NCBI GenBank assembly: GCA_043228905.1
Contig: JBHGNT010000005.1
Span: 13,020,001-13,084,000, forward strand
Length of the DNA: 64,000 nucleotides
From: Azolla caroliniana
Lineage: Eukaryota; Plantae; Polypodiophyta
Direction of reading: 5' to 3'
Positions 36,488-48,600 of the stretch are shown here, in pieces (position 1 is the first letter of the stretch; every line of letters begins with the position of its first letter). The position numbers were made by a program, and so were the translations under genes. The notes beneath the pieces were generated by a model. It was not told the origin of the DNA, did not search any database, and saw nothing but the letters and a program-made list of their open reading frames with translations.

Positions 36488-36591
36488 TCTCTCATGATGC
36501 TCACACACTCTTTCCCTTCTTAGTACTAATCCTCATTCTTCTCCTCTATCATTAGTACTAATTCTCATTGCCTCTAGTACTATCCCTGACA

Positions 36592-39500
36592 CCATTTAAA
36601 TTTCAGCAGCCTTGCAAGGCTTAGCAAGCATGATATGGCATGCAATTTTCCTTCCATTCATGTACCATCTAATCATGTTTGTGAGGGCTACATTCTAGGA
36701 AAGATGCACAGGTTTTCATTTCCAAAAGATGCAAATGTTTTGGCAACACACAAGCTTCACCTTGTACATAGTGATGTATGCGGCCCAATGAGAACACTAT
36801 CAATTGGAGGTTATCTTTATTTTCTTACATTCACTGATGATGCTACTCGACACACTTGGGTATGCTTTGAAGGAGAAATCTAATGTCTTTTCATGCTTCA
36901 AAGAATACTTACACCTTGTTGAAAATCTTAGCAGTCACAAACTCATTACTCTTCGCACCGATAGAGGGGGTGAGTACATGTCTCAAGAGTTCAATGCTTT
37001 CTTGAAGGACAGAGGTATTATCCATCAATGCATCACTCCATACACACCACAACAAAATGGTTTGTTTGAGAGAAAGAATAGATCTCTCATGGAGATGGCA
37101 AGATGCATGCTCAACGGTAAGAAGTTACCTCATAAGTTTTGGCTAGAAGCTGTAATGTGTGCAAACTATGTTTTGAATAGATGCCCCACAAAAGCAATAA
37201 CAACTACCACTCCATATGAGGCTTGGACTGGTCACAAGCCAAATGTTGGACACATGAGAATATTTGGAAGCTTGGCTTATGCATTTGTGCCACCACAGCA
37301 ACGTCATAAGCTTCAAGACAAAGCAACAAAATGCATCTTTGTTGGCTACAGCAAAGAAAGCAAAGGTTATCGGTTGTTTCAACCCACTACTGGTAAGTTC
37401 ATCATTTGTTGGGATGTGATATTTGCTGAAAATGCAGCTCAACCATTTGTTGATTGCTCTAAAGAGCCATTTCTTGATCAACTAGATGCATTTAATACTT
37501 TGTTACCATTGCTCCGAAATGTTGTCTTTGAAGGTGAACGACTAACCCAACCTCATGGAGGTAATGTGCAGGTTTTTCCTCAGCAACAACATGCTCCAAA
37601 TAGAGATGTAGAGCAACCAAGCAATGCTCAAATTGATCTCTTGCAACAACCCAATGTGGTTGAAAATGAGCAACCAAACATTGTTGATAATAATGTTAAC
37701 TTACAGATCATTAACCCACATGATCTTGACATGGAATTGGAGGAAGAACAAGCCTCTTCTCAGCAAGCAAGAACAGTTCCTAAATGGCTGATTAACACCC
37801 TTATGGATAGCAAACTCAAGTTTCTTCTTCAAGTTGAATTGCATTATGTGTAGCATGCTCTTATCGCTGAAATTTGTGATGAGGAACCACTCTCTCTTAA
37901 GGATGCATTAGCACATGACCATTGGGTTGAAGCCATGAAATCAGAACTTGGGTCCATCTACAAGAACAACACTTGGGAGTTATGTGATCTACCTAAAGGT
38001 AGAAAGGCAATTGCCACCAAGTGGATTTACAAAGTCAAGCGTAATGTGGATGGAAAGCATTGATCGTTTTAAAGCAAGACTTGTGGAAAAAGGTATTTCC
38101 CAAAAGGAGGGGATAGACAATGTATGAAGAAACCTTCGCCCCCACTTCAAAGATGACTACAATCAAAGCTATAGTTGTTGCAGCAGCAATTAAGGGATGG
38201 AAGGTTCACCAACTAGACATTCAAACCGCCTTCTTAAATGGGAGATTTAGAAGATGTTTATGTAGCTCAACCCCCAGGTTTTGTCATTAAAGGTGCAGAA
38301 ACTAAAGTTTGCAGGTTACTTAAAGCTTTGTGCGGCTTTAAGCAAGCACCTCGAGCGTGGAATGCAAAGATTCATGCTCATCTTCTTCAACTCAGTTTTG
38401 TAAACAACCCAACTGAAAGCACTCTCTATGCCCGAAAGGATGGAGAAAAATTACTAATTTTTATGCTTTATGTTGATGATTTGCTAATCACAGGACCTGA
38501 TGAGCAAGAAACTGTAGATTTCAAAGCTGATCTTAGTAAGACATTTGAACTTACAGATCTTGGACATCTCCATTACTACCTCAACATTCAATTTATTACT
38601 ATTGAGGGGGGCATTTTTCTCAGTCAACGAAAGTACATCAAGAAGCACCTACAACGATTCAGGTTTGAAGACGACAAGCCAATCTCCACTTCTGTAGAAG
38701 CAAGATTCAAATTCTCATACCAAGATGAAGGAGAACCAACTGATGTACTCTTATACCAGCAAGTTGTAGGTTGTTTAATATTTTTGTGCAACACGCGACC
38801 TGACATTCAATATGTTGTTTCACAATTAAGTAGGTTTATCCATAGCCCTAGAACAAAGCATTGGCAAGCAGCCAAGCGAGTTTTTTGTTATCTCAAAGGC
38901 ACTATGGATTCTAGACTTTTCTATGGAGAAGGAAATTCATCTACTTTAATAGCCCTCACTGATAGTGATTGGGTTGGCTACTATGACACTCGTGTCTCAC
39001 ATAGTGGAAAGTGTCTCATGATTAGCAATTCCTTTGTTTCCTAGCTCAGCAAGAAGCAGCCAACAGTGGCAACATCAGGTTGTGAAGCTGAATATAGAGC
39101 ATCATTCAGCGCCATAGTAGAGTGTGTTTGGTAGGAGATTATTGTTTGATTTGTCACTTGAGCAACCATCTCCTACTTGTATATTTACAGATAGTCAAAT
39201 ACTTTGGCTATTGCAAGAAATCTCGTCTTCCATGCACAAACAAAACACATTGAGGTGCACTATCATTATGTGACGGAGCAATTCCATGCTAAAGAGATAA
39301 ACTTGGTCTATGTACCAACTCATGAAAATGTTGCAGACATTTTCACCAAGAACACGTTTGCGTTCATAAGTGGAAGGATCGCGCACAAATGGAAGGATAA
39401 GGAATATTCCGTCTAATTTTGGGGCTTTTTTGGCCATTTCACAAAACACCTTGATACCAGTATCACAGGTTCTCAAAAACTTGATGAAAAAGCTAAAATT

Positions 39501-41957
39501 TTCACCATTTGGTAAAATTGAAAAATGTTAAATTTTGGCCAAATACGAAAAGTAACTTTGTGTATTTTTAAGGAGAAATTACAACTAGTAGTACTTTAGA
39601 TCCTAACGAAATCATAAACGAAAGATTTCAAAACAATCAACGTTTTTATTTCATTTGATAAATTGTTGTCTAAATTTCTTACATATCGTTGCACAAACAA
39701 AATACATTTAAGAGTTATTTGCATCACTATTATCATTCCTTTCATGAGAATCACTACGATAGCTAATATACAATTGTGACTCTTCCTCCTCATTTTCAAA
39801 TGTACCCGAATTTCAAAAAATAAAAATAAAAAATTGCGAACTTGACTTGATAAAAAAACTAGATTTTTCACCATAATTCAATACAATGTACCTAGTTCAT
39901 ATTTAAAATAAATTTTAAAAAATTGTTTCAAATTTGTTTTTTTTTTTTTCTATTTATTTTGGGTCCCCTTTTTTTTTTTTTGAAGTGATGAAAAAACTAG
40001 AATTTTCATCACAAGTCGATACAAAGTATCAAATTCATGTTTAAACTTTTTTTCTTTAATTTTTTTGATTTTTGGAAAAAAAAAAAACTTTAAAATTTAG
40101 TTTTGGTTTTTTATATTTATTTTGGGTCTTTTTGGTTTTGTTTTTTTTAAAACGTTGAACTGATGAAAAAACCAGTGTTTTCATCACAAGTCAATACAAT
40201 GTATTGAATTCATGTTTAAAGTTTTTCTTTTTCAAAAAGAAATCAAAAAAAATATAAAAAAAACAAAAAAAAAAAAACAAAAAAAATTACTTTAAACATG
40301 AACTAGGTACATTGTACTGAATTGCAGTGAAAATTCTACTTTCTTCATTAGTTTTGGTTTTTTCTATTTATTTTGGGTCTTTTTGGTTTTGTTTTTTTAA
40401 AAACGTTGAACTGATGAAAAAACCAATGTTTTCATCACAAGTCGATACAATGTATTGAATTCATGTTAAAAGTTTTTCTTTTTCAAAAAAAATCAAAAAA
40501 ATTATAAAAAAAAGAAAAGAAAGAAAAGAAAAATTACTTTAAACATGAACTAGGTACATTGTACTGAATTGCAGTGAAATTTCTAATTTTTTCATTAGTT
40601 TTGGTTTTATTTTTATTTTATTTTTAATTCGAGAAAAAAAACTTTGAACATGAATTTGATACGTTGTATGGAATTGTGATGAAAACTCTGTTTTTTACAT
40701 CAACTCAATACAATGTATAGAGTTCATGTTTAGAAATCTTTTTTTTCAAATAAAAGAGGTTTAAGGTTTTTACATGAACTTAAATTGTACTAAAATCTAT
40801 GTTTTGACAAGACTAAAAGAAGTATGTTGCACAACAAAATACCTTATGGTGAACATGTGCTTCCTTGATTAACAAAAAACCATTAATAATTGTGTTGATA
40901 GTAATTGAACCTTGCAAATGCCATTTACTTCACAAATTTTGTAGGGGAGCTCTCAAAATGAAGAAGAGGAGAGCATTGTGGATACCTTGATAAGTATGTG
41001 ATATGTTCGAATTGCTATATTAATGTTTACATCTAAGTTTGGCAGTTTTGACAGTTTATGAATATAATCTACATTTTAAGAGTTATGGATTTATCGAAAT
41101 TGTTAATATTGTATACATTTCTTGAGTTGTGAGTTTATGGATGTTAATGAGCACTAAATTTATAGATGGTGGCATTAAGGATTACAATGTTACCTCTTAT
41201 ACTTAAAACATTTTCAAGTCTAACAATAGATGTAACATCCACTTCTGGAACCTACATCTTCTCAAGATGGTGAAACCATTAATCTTAACTTGTGCCTTAA
41301 GTTAACCATTGTGATTTTCTTTAAGTTAACTACATTTCATATTTGCAAACCATCAACGTTTAAACATTTATTGAAAAACTATTCAATTTTAGAAATTATC
41401 ATTTTGAAACTTGTTAAATCTCAAAAAATTAACAAATTTTACATCCTATTTAAAACATGTGATACTAGTGTATCAAGTTTCTGAAAATCGCCTAAAATCG
41501 CAAGATTATAAAAGGAATCTATAAGTAGAATGCGCGATCCTTCCACTTGTGAACGCAAACGTGTTCAAGGCTCTACCAAGAGAAAAGTTTGAATATTTTC
41601 GCACGGAATTGGGCATTCTTCCAACACCTGGATAGTGACCACATTCAAGTCCACACCATTCACTTTAGGGGGGGTTGTTACACTTAATGTGTATCCTATG
41701 AAAGCTTTGGTGTGAACCTAGTTAAGTAATTGTTGGGTGTGAACATACTTAGAATAGTATGAACCTAATGAAGTAGTTGTTAGGTGGGAATATAGTTATA
41801 ATGTGTGAACCTAATAAAGTGATTGTTGGGTTTTCCACCTACCTATAGAAACTAGTTATATAAACCATTCTACATCTTTGTAATCAATGCTCGTTTTCCC
41901 TAATCTATTGATATTTCCTTAAGTCTTCTAAGTGATCTTGATGTGTGAGCTTGGCCT
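36592..41957 (+). mobile_element. Degenerate Copia (integrase-RT-RNase H, PPT, partial 3' LTR from ~41676) interrupted by a TIR element
   Basis: LVHSDVCGP, RTDRGGEY, YVDDLL, TKHIEVHYHY; ..ADIFTK (39350) resumes as ALPREKFE (41570); PPT TTTAGGGGGGG. Confidence 0.85.
39351..41565. mobile_element. Non-autonomous DNA transposon with ~35-bp TIRs
   Basis: AACACGTTTGCGTTCATAAGTGGAAGGATCGCGCA (39351-39385) is inverted at 41531-41565 with one mismatch; CAAG on both flanks; AT-rich non-coding interior. Confidence 0.9.
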
Positions 41958-42551
41958 TGAGAAGATCTCCACAACCGACAACATATCAGACAGGATGACC
42001 AAGTGTCTCACAGTTGACCGATTCCAGTCACTTCGGCACCAGGTGGGCTTAAGGAGAAATTAGTTCGATCAAGTCGGACAACAGAGATAGCTTTGAAAAA
42101 TCGACCTCGACAATCACCTAGCCTCCACTCTCGAACCAACCAATTCGACCTCTACTTATTTCAGCCATTACCGATTCGGAAGTAAGTCGATCCATCCTAC
42201 CATCTCCTTGTATATCCTATATCTCTTGTTCTATATTACATGTCTCTCCTTAGTGTATATGCGCATTACAAGAGAGTGTCGAATGCAGGTGATTAATGGC
42301 TACCCACTCAGAATGACCAGGTTTAGGACAATTATGTAAATATGTTGAAGGGTAGTTGCACTAGCCCAGTTGATACATAACTAGCTTTGTAACCTAGTGT
42401 ATGATTATGTTAGTTGTTGCCACTTTGAATAATACAGTTTGTACGTTTGTGCTTCCTTGTCTCTCTCACTCTCTATCGTTTATCCTGATTCAAGCTTGAG
42501 TTGTTTTGTTTTTCTTCGTATTGAATCTATTCATATTCTACTATCGTCAAC
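41958..42551 (+). mobile_element. 3' remnant (RNase H end plus LTR ~42277-42551) of an older relative of the 508-5953 Copia
   Basis: EKISTTDNISDRMTKCL..RFQSLRHQ parallels the end of ORF 1465-5478; LTR starts TGTCGAATGCAGGTG. Confidence 0.8.
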
Positions 42552-42577
42552 TTGGTGTCCTTCATTACCCATAGGAG

Positions 42578-42899
42578 TGTACAAGGTGGTCTAAGGGTGG
42601 AACACGATAATGTGGTTGATGTGTATGTGTAATGTATATGAGTGTGTGAGGATGACTACGTGTATGAACACATGCACATTTATGTGCATGTGTAACAGTC
42701 TTATTTGTAAGGGTCATATTATGTAACTGTTACATTTTGATGTACTATATAAACCCCTTATGGGGCATGTAATGAAATATACATTTTTCCCTCACACATT
42801 TTGTGTCATTACATTTTTCCCTCTTTCTCTCTCTCTCTCTCACGTAACCCCCTTGGGAGGGGGTGGAGCCATGCTTGGCTTCACCCACCACCCATAACA
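42578..42899 (+). repeat. LTR-like direct repeat, copy 1
   Basis: TGTACAAGG..CATAACA, ~320 bp, TATAAA inside; closely similar to 44835-45154. Confidence 0.85.
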
Positions 42900-43086
42900 T
42901 TGGCATGCATGAACGGCCTACCCTCCCTTGAGAGGAAGTCTCTCTCTATCCCTCTTTGTTGCGTCTCCATGTCTGCATTTGCATGTATGCCTTGCATGGG
43001 TATAACCTAAAGCCAAGCAACTTCGTCCATGGCCATGGTGCTTGAAGCTCCCAACCCCCACCCTTAGATCAATGAAATGGTGATAA

Positions 43087-43260
43087 TGGAAAGGGTTGAT
43101 TGTGAAGACTTGTCGTCCTTCTTCTTGCAAGAGCTCCCAAAGGATGTATTAGCGCATCTTTCCGCTTCTTTGGTGCCCAAGGATCTCTGCAACCTCGGCC
43201 TCACCTGCAAGAAGCTTCACAATATTTGCATGTCAAACAAGCTATGGTGACTTCAATGCA
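43087..43260 (+). pseudogene. F-box domain fragment
   Basis: FLQELPKDVLAHLSASLVPKDLCNLGLTCKKLHNICMSNKLW followed by a stop. Confidence 0.7.
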
Positions 43261-43589
43261 ACATATCTAGGCAAATCAACAATCTCTCTTCTTCTTCTTC
43301 TTCTTCTTCTTCTTCGTCTTCTTATGACCCACCTTACACAACTCCCTCAGAAACTAGAAAACAACAGCACGAGCTTTTCTTCGTCAAAAGACCTCCCTTC
43401 CCCTCCAATCACAATGGTGGGATTCTATCTACCATAGCAACCGACAAAACAAAGTTTTCTAAAAGTAGAGATTGTACCCTTGAGAAAGATGAAGACGAAG
43501 GAAGAAAAAACACCTCTTCAACATGATGATCTTGACGGTGATAATGATCATGGATGCTTCACTCTGTAGAGACTTGGAAAAGAGCTTGG

Positions 43590-44240
43590 CAATGGAAGGT
43601 TGGATGAAGCCATGGCAGAGCTCAAAGGACATTCAAGAGTTGAGTTCTACATCGATGCAAGCACATATTCTATGCTTCTAAAGCAATGTGGCAAGGTGAA
43701 GTCTCTAGTCTATGGGAAGCAAGTGCATAACCACATGATGAAGTATGATCTCGATCACCAAACATTTCTGGGAAATCATTTTATAGATATGCATCAACAT
43801 TGTGGAGACCTTGATTCCACCATTTTGGTATTTGATGGTCTGTATAATAAGAATGTGCTCTCCTGGACTATTATGATATCCTCTTATACATAGCAAGGTT
43901 ACCCTAAGAAAACTCTTCAACTTTTTAAGCAAATGCAAGATGAGAATGTGAAACCTGATAAGGTCACGATTAGTACTATTGTCGGTGCTTGCTCTACCAT
44001 TTGTGCACTAGAAGAAGGTAGACAGATTCATCTAAAGATCAAAGATGGTGTATTAGAATCAGATATTTTTGTGGAGAGCATTGTTGTCAATATGTATGCT
44101 AAATGTGGATGCGTGGCTAAAGCATGAACAATCTTTGAAAGCATGAGGTTGAGAAATGTAGTGGCATGGACAATCATGATCACATCTTATGCACAACATG
44201 ATAAAGGAGAGGAGGCTTTGATCCTTTTTAGAAGAATGGT
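43590..44240 (+). pseudogene. PLS-class pentatricopeptide repeat gene fragment
   Basis: TYSMLLKQCG..GKQVH, NVLSWTIMISSY, KPDKVTISTIVGACS..LEEGRQIH, VNMYAKCG, NVVAWTIMITSYAQH; two in-frame stops. Confidence 0.88.
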
Positions 44241-44834
44241 CTCAAGAACTTCCATGTTAGATGTCAATACAATGCAACGGCGGCCAACAGCCGATAGACA
44301 GAGCTAGATAGCCAACAAGCTAGGGGACACAACCGACGGACGACAAGAGCAAACAAACGTTAACGTTCGACAAAGTCGAACAAAAATGGACAAAATACAA
44401 AGGGCGAAGGAGAATTTCGAAAAGTTAAGGGCAAAAAAGAGAATTTAAAAAACCGAAAGGAAAAAAATACAATTTTATAACCTTGAGGTTAAAACTAAAA
44501 AAATTTCAAAGACCAAATGGTGCAAAAACATAAAATTCACTTCACATGATGAAACCAAAGAACACACATACAAACAACTCGATTTCACAACCCATTCCAT
44601 TATGAACGAATCAATTGGTGTGTGACCCAATCGAGAGATATGTTGACCGAACAAGAAGGTTCAAGTTAAGCAAAACTCTGATCAAAGTTATCGATTGTAG
44701 AGTTATGATCCGATCAAGGGATTTCCGATCGTTGAAACGACCGATAAAGTTCCGATCAAGAAGAGTTATCATGGCGAATGGGTTCACCATGCGATGCACT
44801 GTCGCACAAGCATGCCATGTATTACCTGTAAGAG

Positions 44835-45154
44835 TGTACAAGGCGGTCTAAGGGTGGAACACGATAATGTGGTTGATGTATATGTGTAATGTACATGAAT
44901 GTCTGAGGATGAGTATGTGTATGAACACGCACATTTATGTGCATGTATAACAGTCTTATTTGTAACGATCATATTATGTTACCATTACATTTTGATGTAC
45001 TATACATATAAACCCCTTATGGGGCATGCAATGAAATATACAGTTTTCCCCCTCACATTTTGTCATTACATTTTTCCCTCTTTCTTTCTCTCTCATGTAA
45101 CTGCCTTGGGAGGGGGGTGGAGCCATTCTTAGCTTCACCCCCAACCCATAAACA
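44835..45154 (+). repeat. LTR-like direct repeat, copy 2
   Basis: Repeat of 42578-42899. Confidence 0.85.
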
Positions 45155-45618
45155 TCCTTCAACACATACATGATTTTTTTGCTTCTGCCTTGACATCCTC
45201 ATCTCCAATGCGAACTCCACCTACAAAGTCGCCAAATCCGGCCCCGCTAACCATTGGCGAGTGTGGTTCACAGTCCACGTGCGGAGTTATGGACACAAGT
45301 GCTCCCCCGCGTCATCATTACCGGGAAAGATGGAAGATCATTCAAAAAAAAGGATTCATACTTGCCAAGCATACATAATATGATGCCAATGACGCAAGCT
45401 CTAACTCCTAAATATATTAATCTATATTGGGGGATTCCAGAGTTCCTATCAACTAGTAAAGGAACTCCCCGAGGTTACCTATAAACTTTAGAATTATACA
45501 ATGGTTTCCTAGTGAAGGTTGACAAGGAATTTAGAACAGTTTTAGAATTGAGTACAAAAGGGAGGATGCCACTAGAGTTTGTGCATCAGCACTTTGGGCT
45601 CCCACACACAGTATGCTG

Positions 45619-48600
45619 TTAGGGAGATACTTCGATTGGAGGTACAGTTGTGGCTACAATTGGCAAACTTGTTACGCTTTGCAATGTTCGAATTAGAGAC
45701 CAAGCATCAGCATTTGAGCATCCCTCTGACATCTCTATAACAACTGGGAATTCAGAACTATCATCTTTCCTCATAAGTAAGATACCCTGCATTACATTAA
45801 TACCATTAACGAATTTCTGTCCACTTGTAGGTAAGTAGTGTGCGGGAGTTCATACCTCAAACCTTGTCAGAAACATTTGAAATCGGATCATGTTTTCTCT
45901 CATCTTGGTGACTTCTTCTGGACTTGAGCTTGTTAGACCTTCTGATATCTTGCTAGGAGAGAAACCAATGAGCCTCTCTACAATCTGCAAAACAAGATAG
46001 GGTAAAAAGAGACTGAATCTTATATAATATAATAATATAATGGGTGTATGAAAAAATAAAGATAGTTTACATGATGATCAATCCTCACTACGCTGATTTC
46101 ACTACCATCGTCAATGTATGCAAAAAGCTTGAAATGGCTGAGATTTTTGTATTGGAAGTCCTTAACTCCAGTCAGAACACACTGTAAAATAAGGTCAAAA
46201 AAGTCCAACATTACTTTCCGACAATTTAGTACAGTAAAATGTGTCATAATTGAGTCAAAGCAAAGTATGTTTTAAACGAACTTAAGGTTACAAGTAAAGA
46301 TGGAACATATCTAATGCAATAAATATATCAAATTGAACTCCATCTAAAAGCATTTCTCAATGTGAACAACCCTGTATTAGACAATTAGATATAGTGGCTG
46401 TATATAGTGGTGGGTCACTATAACCAATCATCCAATACAATAAGAAAGAAAGAGCTACAAAGGCTGGTGGCTGAGAAGGGAATCTCATCTTTTTTCCAAT
46501 ATTCTGAGAAGTCATCCATTAGCATGTTAGGATACATATCAAATACACCTACGTTTGCATGTCATAATGTTGGATGGGGATCAAAGACTGTTGCCAATGG
46601 TTTGAGCAGGACAAAGTCAGGATCCAATACTGTTATGGCATGAAGGGATTTGAGTCTGGACCAAGTATTCTTTGGAAAGGAAGGAGTTTGAGCCTGAACA
46701 GCAATTATAAGAACGCCTTCTTTCTCTTTTTTAATCTCCAAGCCACTAACTTCCCGCACAACCGAGACTAATCTTGCTCCCTTGCAGAGTATCTCTTCTG
46801 TTACATACATATACCCCCTTTTTCTGAATTTTTATAATATCTCTATGAAATCTATATACATCAGAGTTTATTTCAGAGAAGATAGTAAGATCTTACAATG
46901 ATTTCAATGTTTGGAAGGTTAAAAAGAGGAGAGAAACCTAGGGTGTCTGTTTTCCTCATTTTTTTGAGTGGTTAATGTCTTTCTTGGGTCATCAGATCCA
47001 CCTCTTTTATAAGCCGGTTTCAATTCTATCTGTGAATATTCAGTCTCTAAATTCAACTGAATGCTAAAAATGTCTTCATCCAGCTGCTAAATGAGTTCTG
47101 TATATTTATTAACACATTCTATTTGTTCTATGTTTCGAAGAGCAAATTTTTGAATAAAAATTCAATTTTGCTCTATATTCACATGGCATGATATTCGTTC
47201 TTGATTTGGAACAAAGCAAGGCTATTTTTACCCCTCTAGATAAGCTACAAATATAGGTCAAAGTCATAATAATCCTATATTAAATCTAGGAGGGGATCAT
47301 GGTTCTATGGATTAGGTATTTACAAATCTATTCATTTATTCATCTAGGTTCTCACACATGTAGTGATTAACCCACGTCAGTCAGGTAGCTGGAGAGCTTC
47401 ATATGGATAACTAATGGGCCTCACGTTTGATCCAAAGTGCAAAGAGTCTTTCTACAGGACAGTTAAGAGGACATGTAGGCACTGTCAATGCAATTTATTC
47501 GCATCACCTCTTTCTCGCACCTACATTCTGATGTAAACTAAAGAAAACTTTTTCATGCTGCTCTCCAACAAATATTTGGCTAGATATTGTTTACAAGATT
47601 TTCACGATTTTCATTTGTTAAAATAAACTTAAAGGCAACACCTTTATCCTGCCTGTCATGTTTGATTCACTGCAACAATTTGAACTCCAGCTTTTCTTCA
47701 AAAGTGATGAATAGGTCAATGTTGAATTCTCCAACTCTGGTCTGGGAGAATCTTCACGGTGTGAGCCAACAAAATGCAACACACTATCCAAATTTGAAGC
47801 AACAGGGCCTACAAAAGAAGCTCAAACAGAAACTTCAAAGGAAGATATTCAAGCATGATACACTTACAGCATGTTAAAAATCCACATATAACTATTTCTG
47901 TTGTAAATAATTTCACAAAACCGAACTCTTCTCATTTAAATTGATTGTACAACCCTCTTCTTACTCTTTTTCTTTTAATCTACATTTCATGGTTTCCATA
48001 TTGGAATCTACTATGAAAAATTAGACACATCATTCGTGACGGGAAATTTTGAATTGCATTGCTTCCGGATCCTTCAGGTAGCATCTTTTCAACATCCTCT
48101 TAAAATCTGAGAAGTAGAATTGAGACCAGTTCATCTCTTGACTTTTATTAGGTTCTCGAACAAAATTTCATACCGGAGGCTAGATTTCTTGAAGATTGAG
48201 GAGCTTGCTCAGTGTGCACTGATGGTCCTGCTGCACCTCCAATCGGAGTGGTTGTATCTTCAATCTGGAATGTAGCCTGTGCTGCAATAGATGCAGTCTC
48301 AGCAAGACTTTGAGTTGACCCAGTAATATTCCTGATCCACAAAAAATCATCACTATTTCATGGAAACTTGTTACAGAGCATCTATCTCAATCTAGACTTT
48401 AGCAAAGCTCATCATAAATTTAACCCTCCTGGATAACAAAATGAGGATGAAACTTATAAGTTATTCATCACGATGGGAAATAACAACCTTCCACTTATCC
48501 TACCTTTCTCATACTCAAACGTAACATCAATGGCAGGTAGAGTATGAGATCAAAATGAAACAACAATAATAAGCTGCAAAAAGAGGATGAGGCATAGAAG

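Larger units (their letters stand above)
31237..36591 (+). mobile_element. Tcn1-like chromovirus 3' portion (RNase H-integrase-chromodomain; 3' LTR 33154-36591 split by a LINE)
   Basis: SDHKNLAYF, ISDRGLQF, HPQTDGQTE, YEVVVILDSKMVRNKLYYLVDWLGY; PPT AAAGGGAAAGATAA; LTR halves 33154-33466 and 36488-36591 match the reverse complement of LTR 21514-21961. Confidence 0.85.

Noticed and set aside
46562-46810. Possible extra RMI1 exon
   Set aside because: Exons 47808-47642 and 46181-46071 join in frame to give GRIK/CVLTGVK without it.
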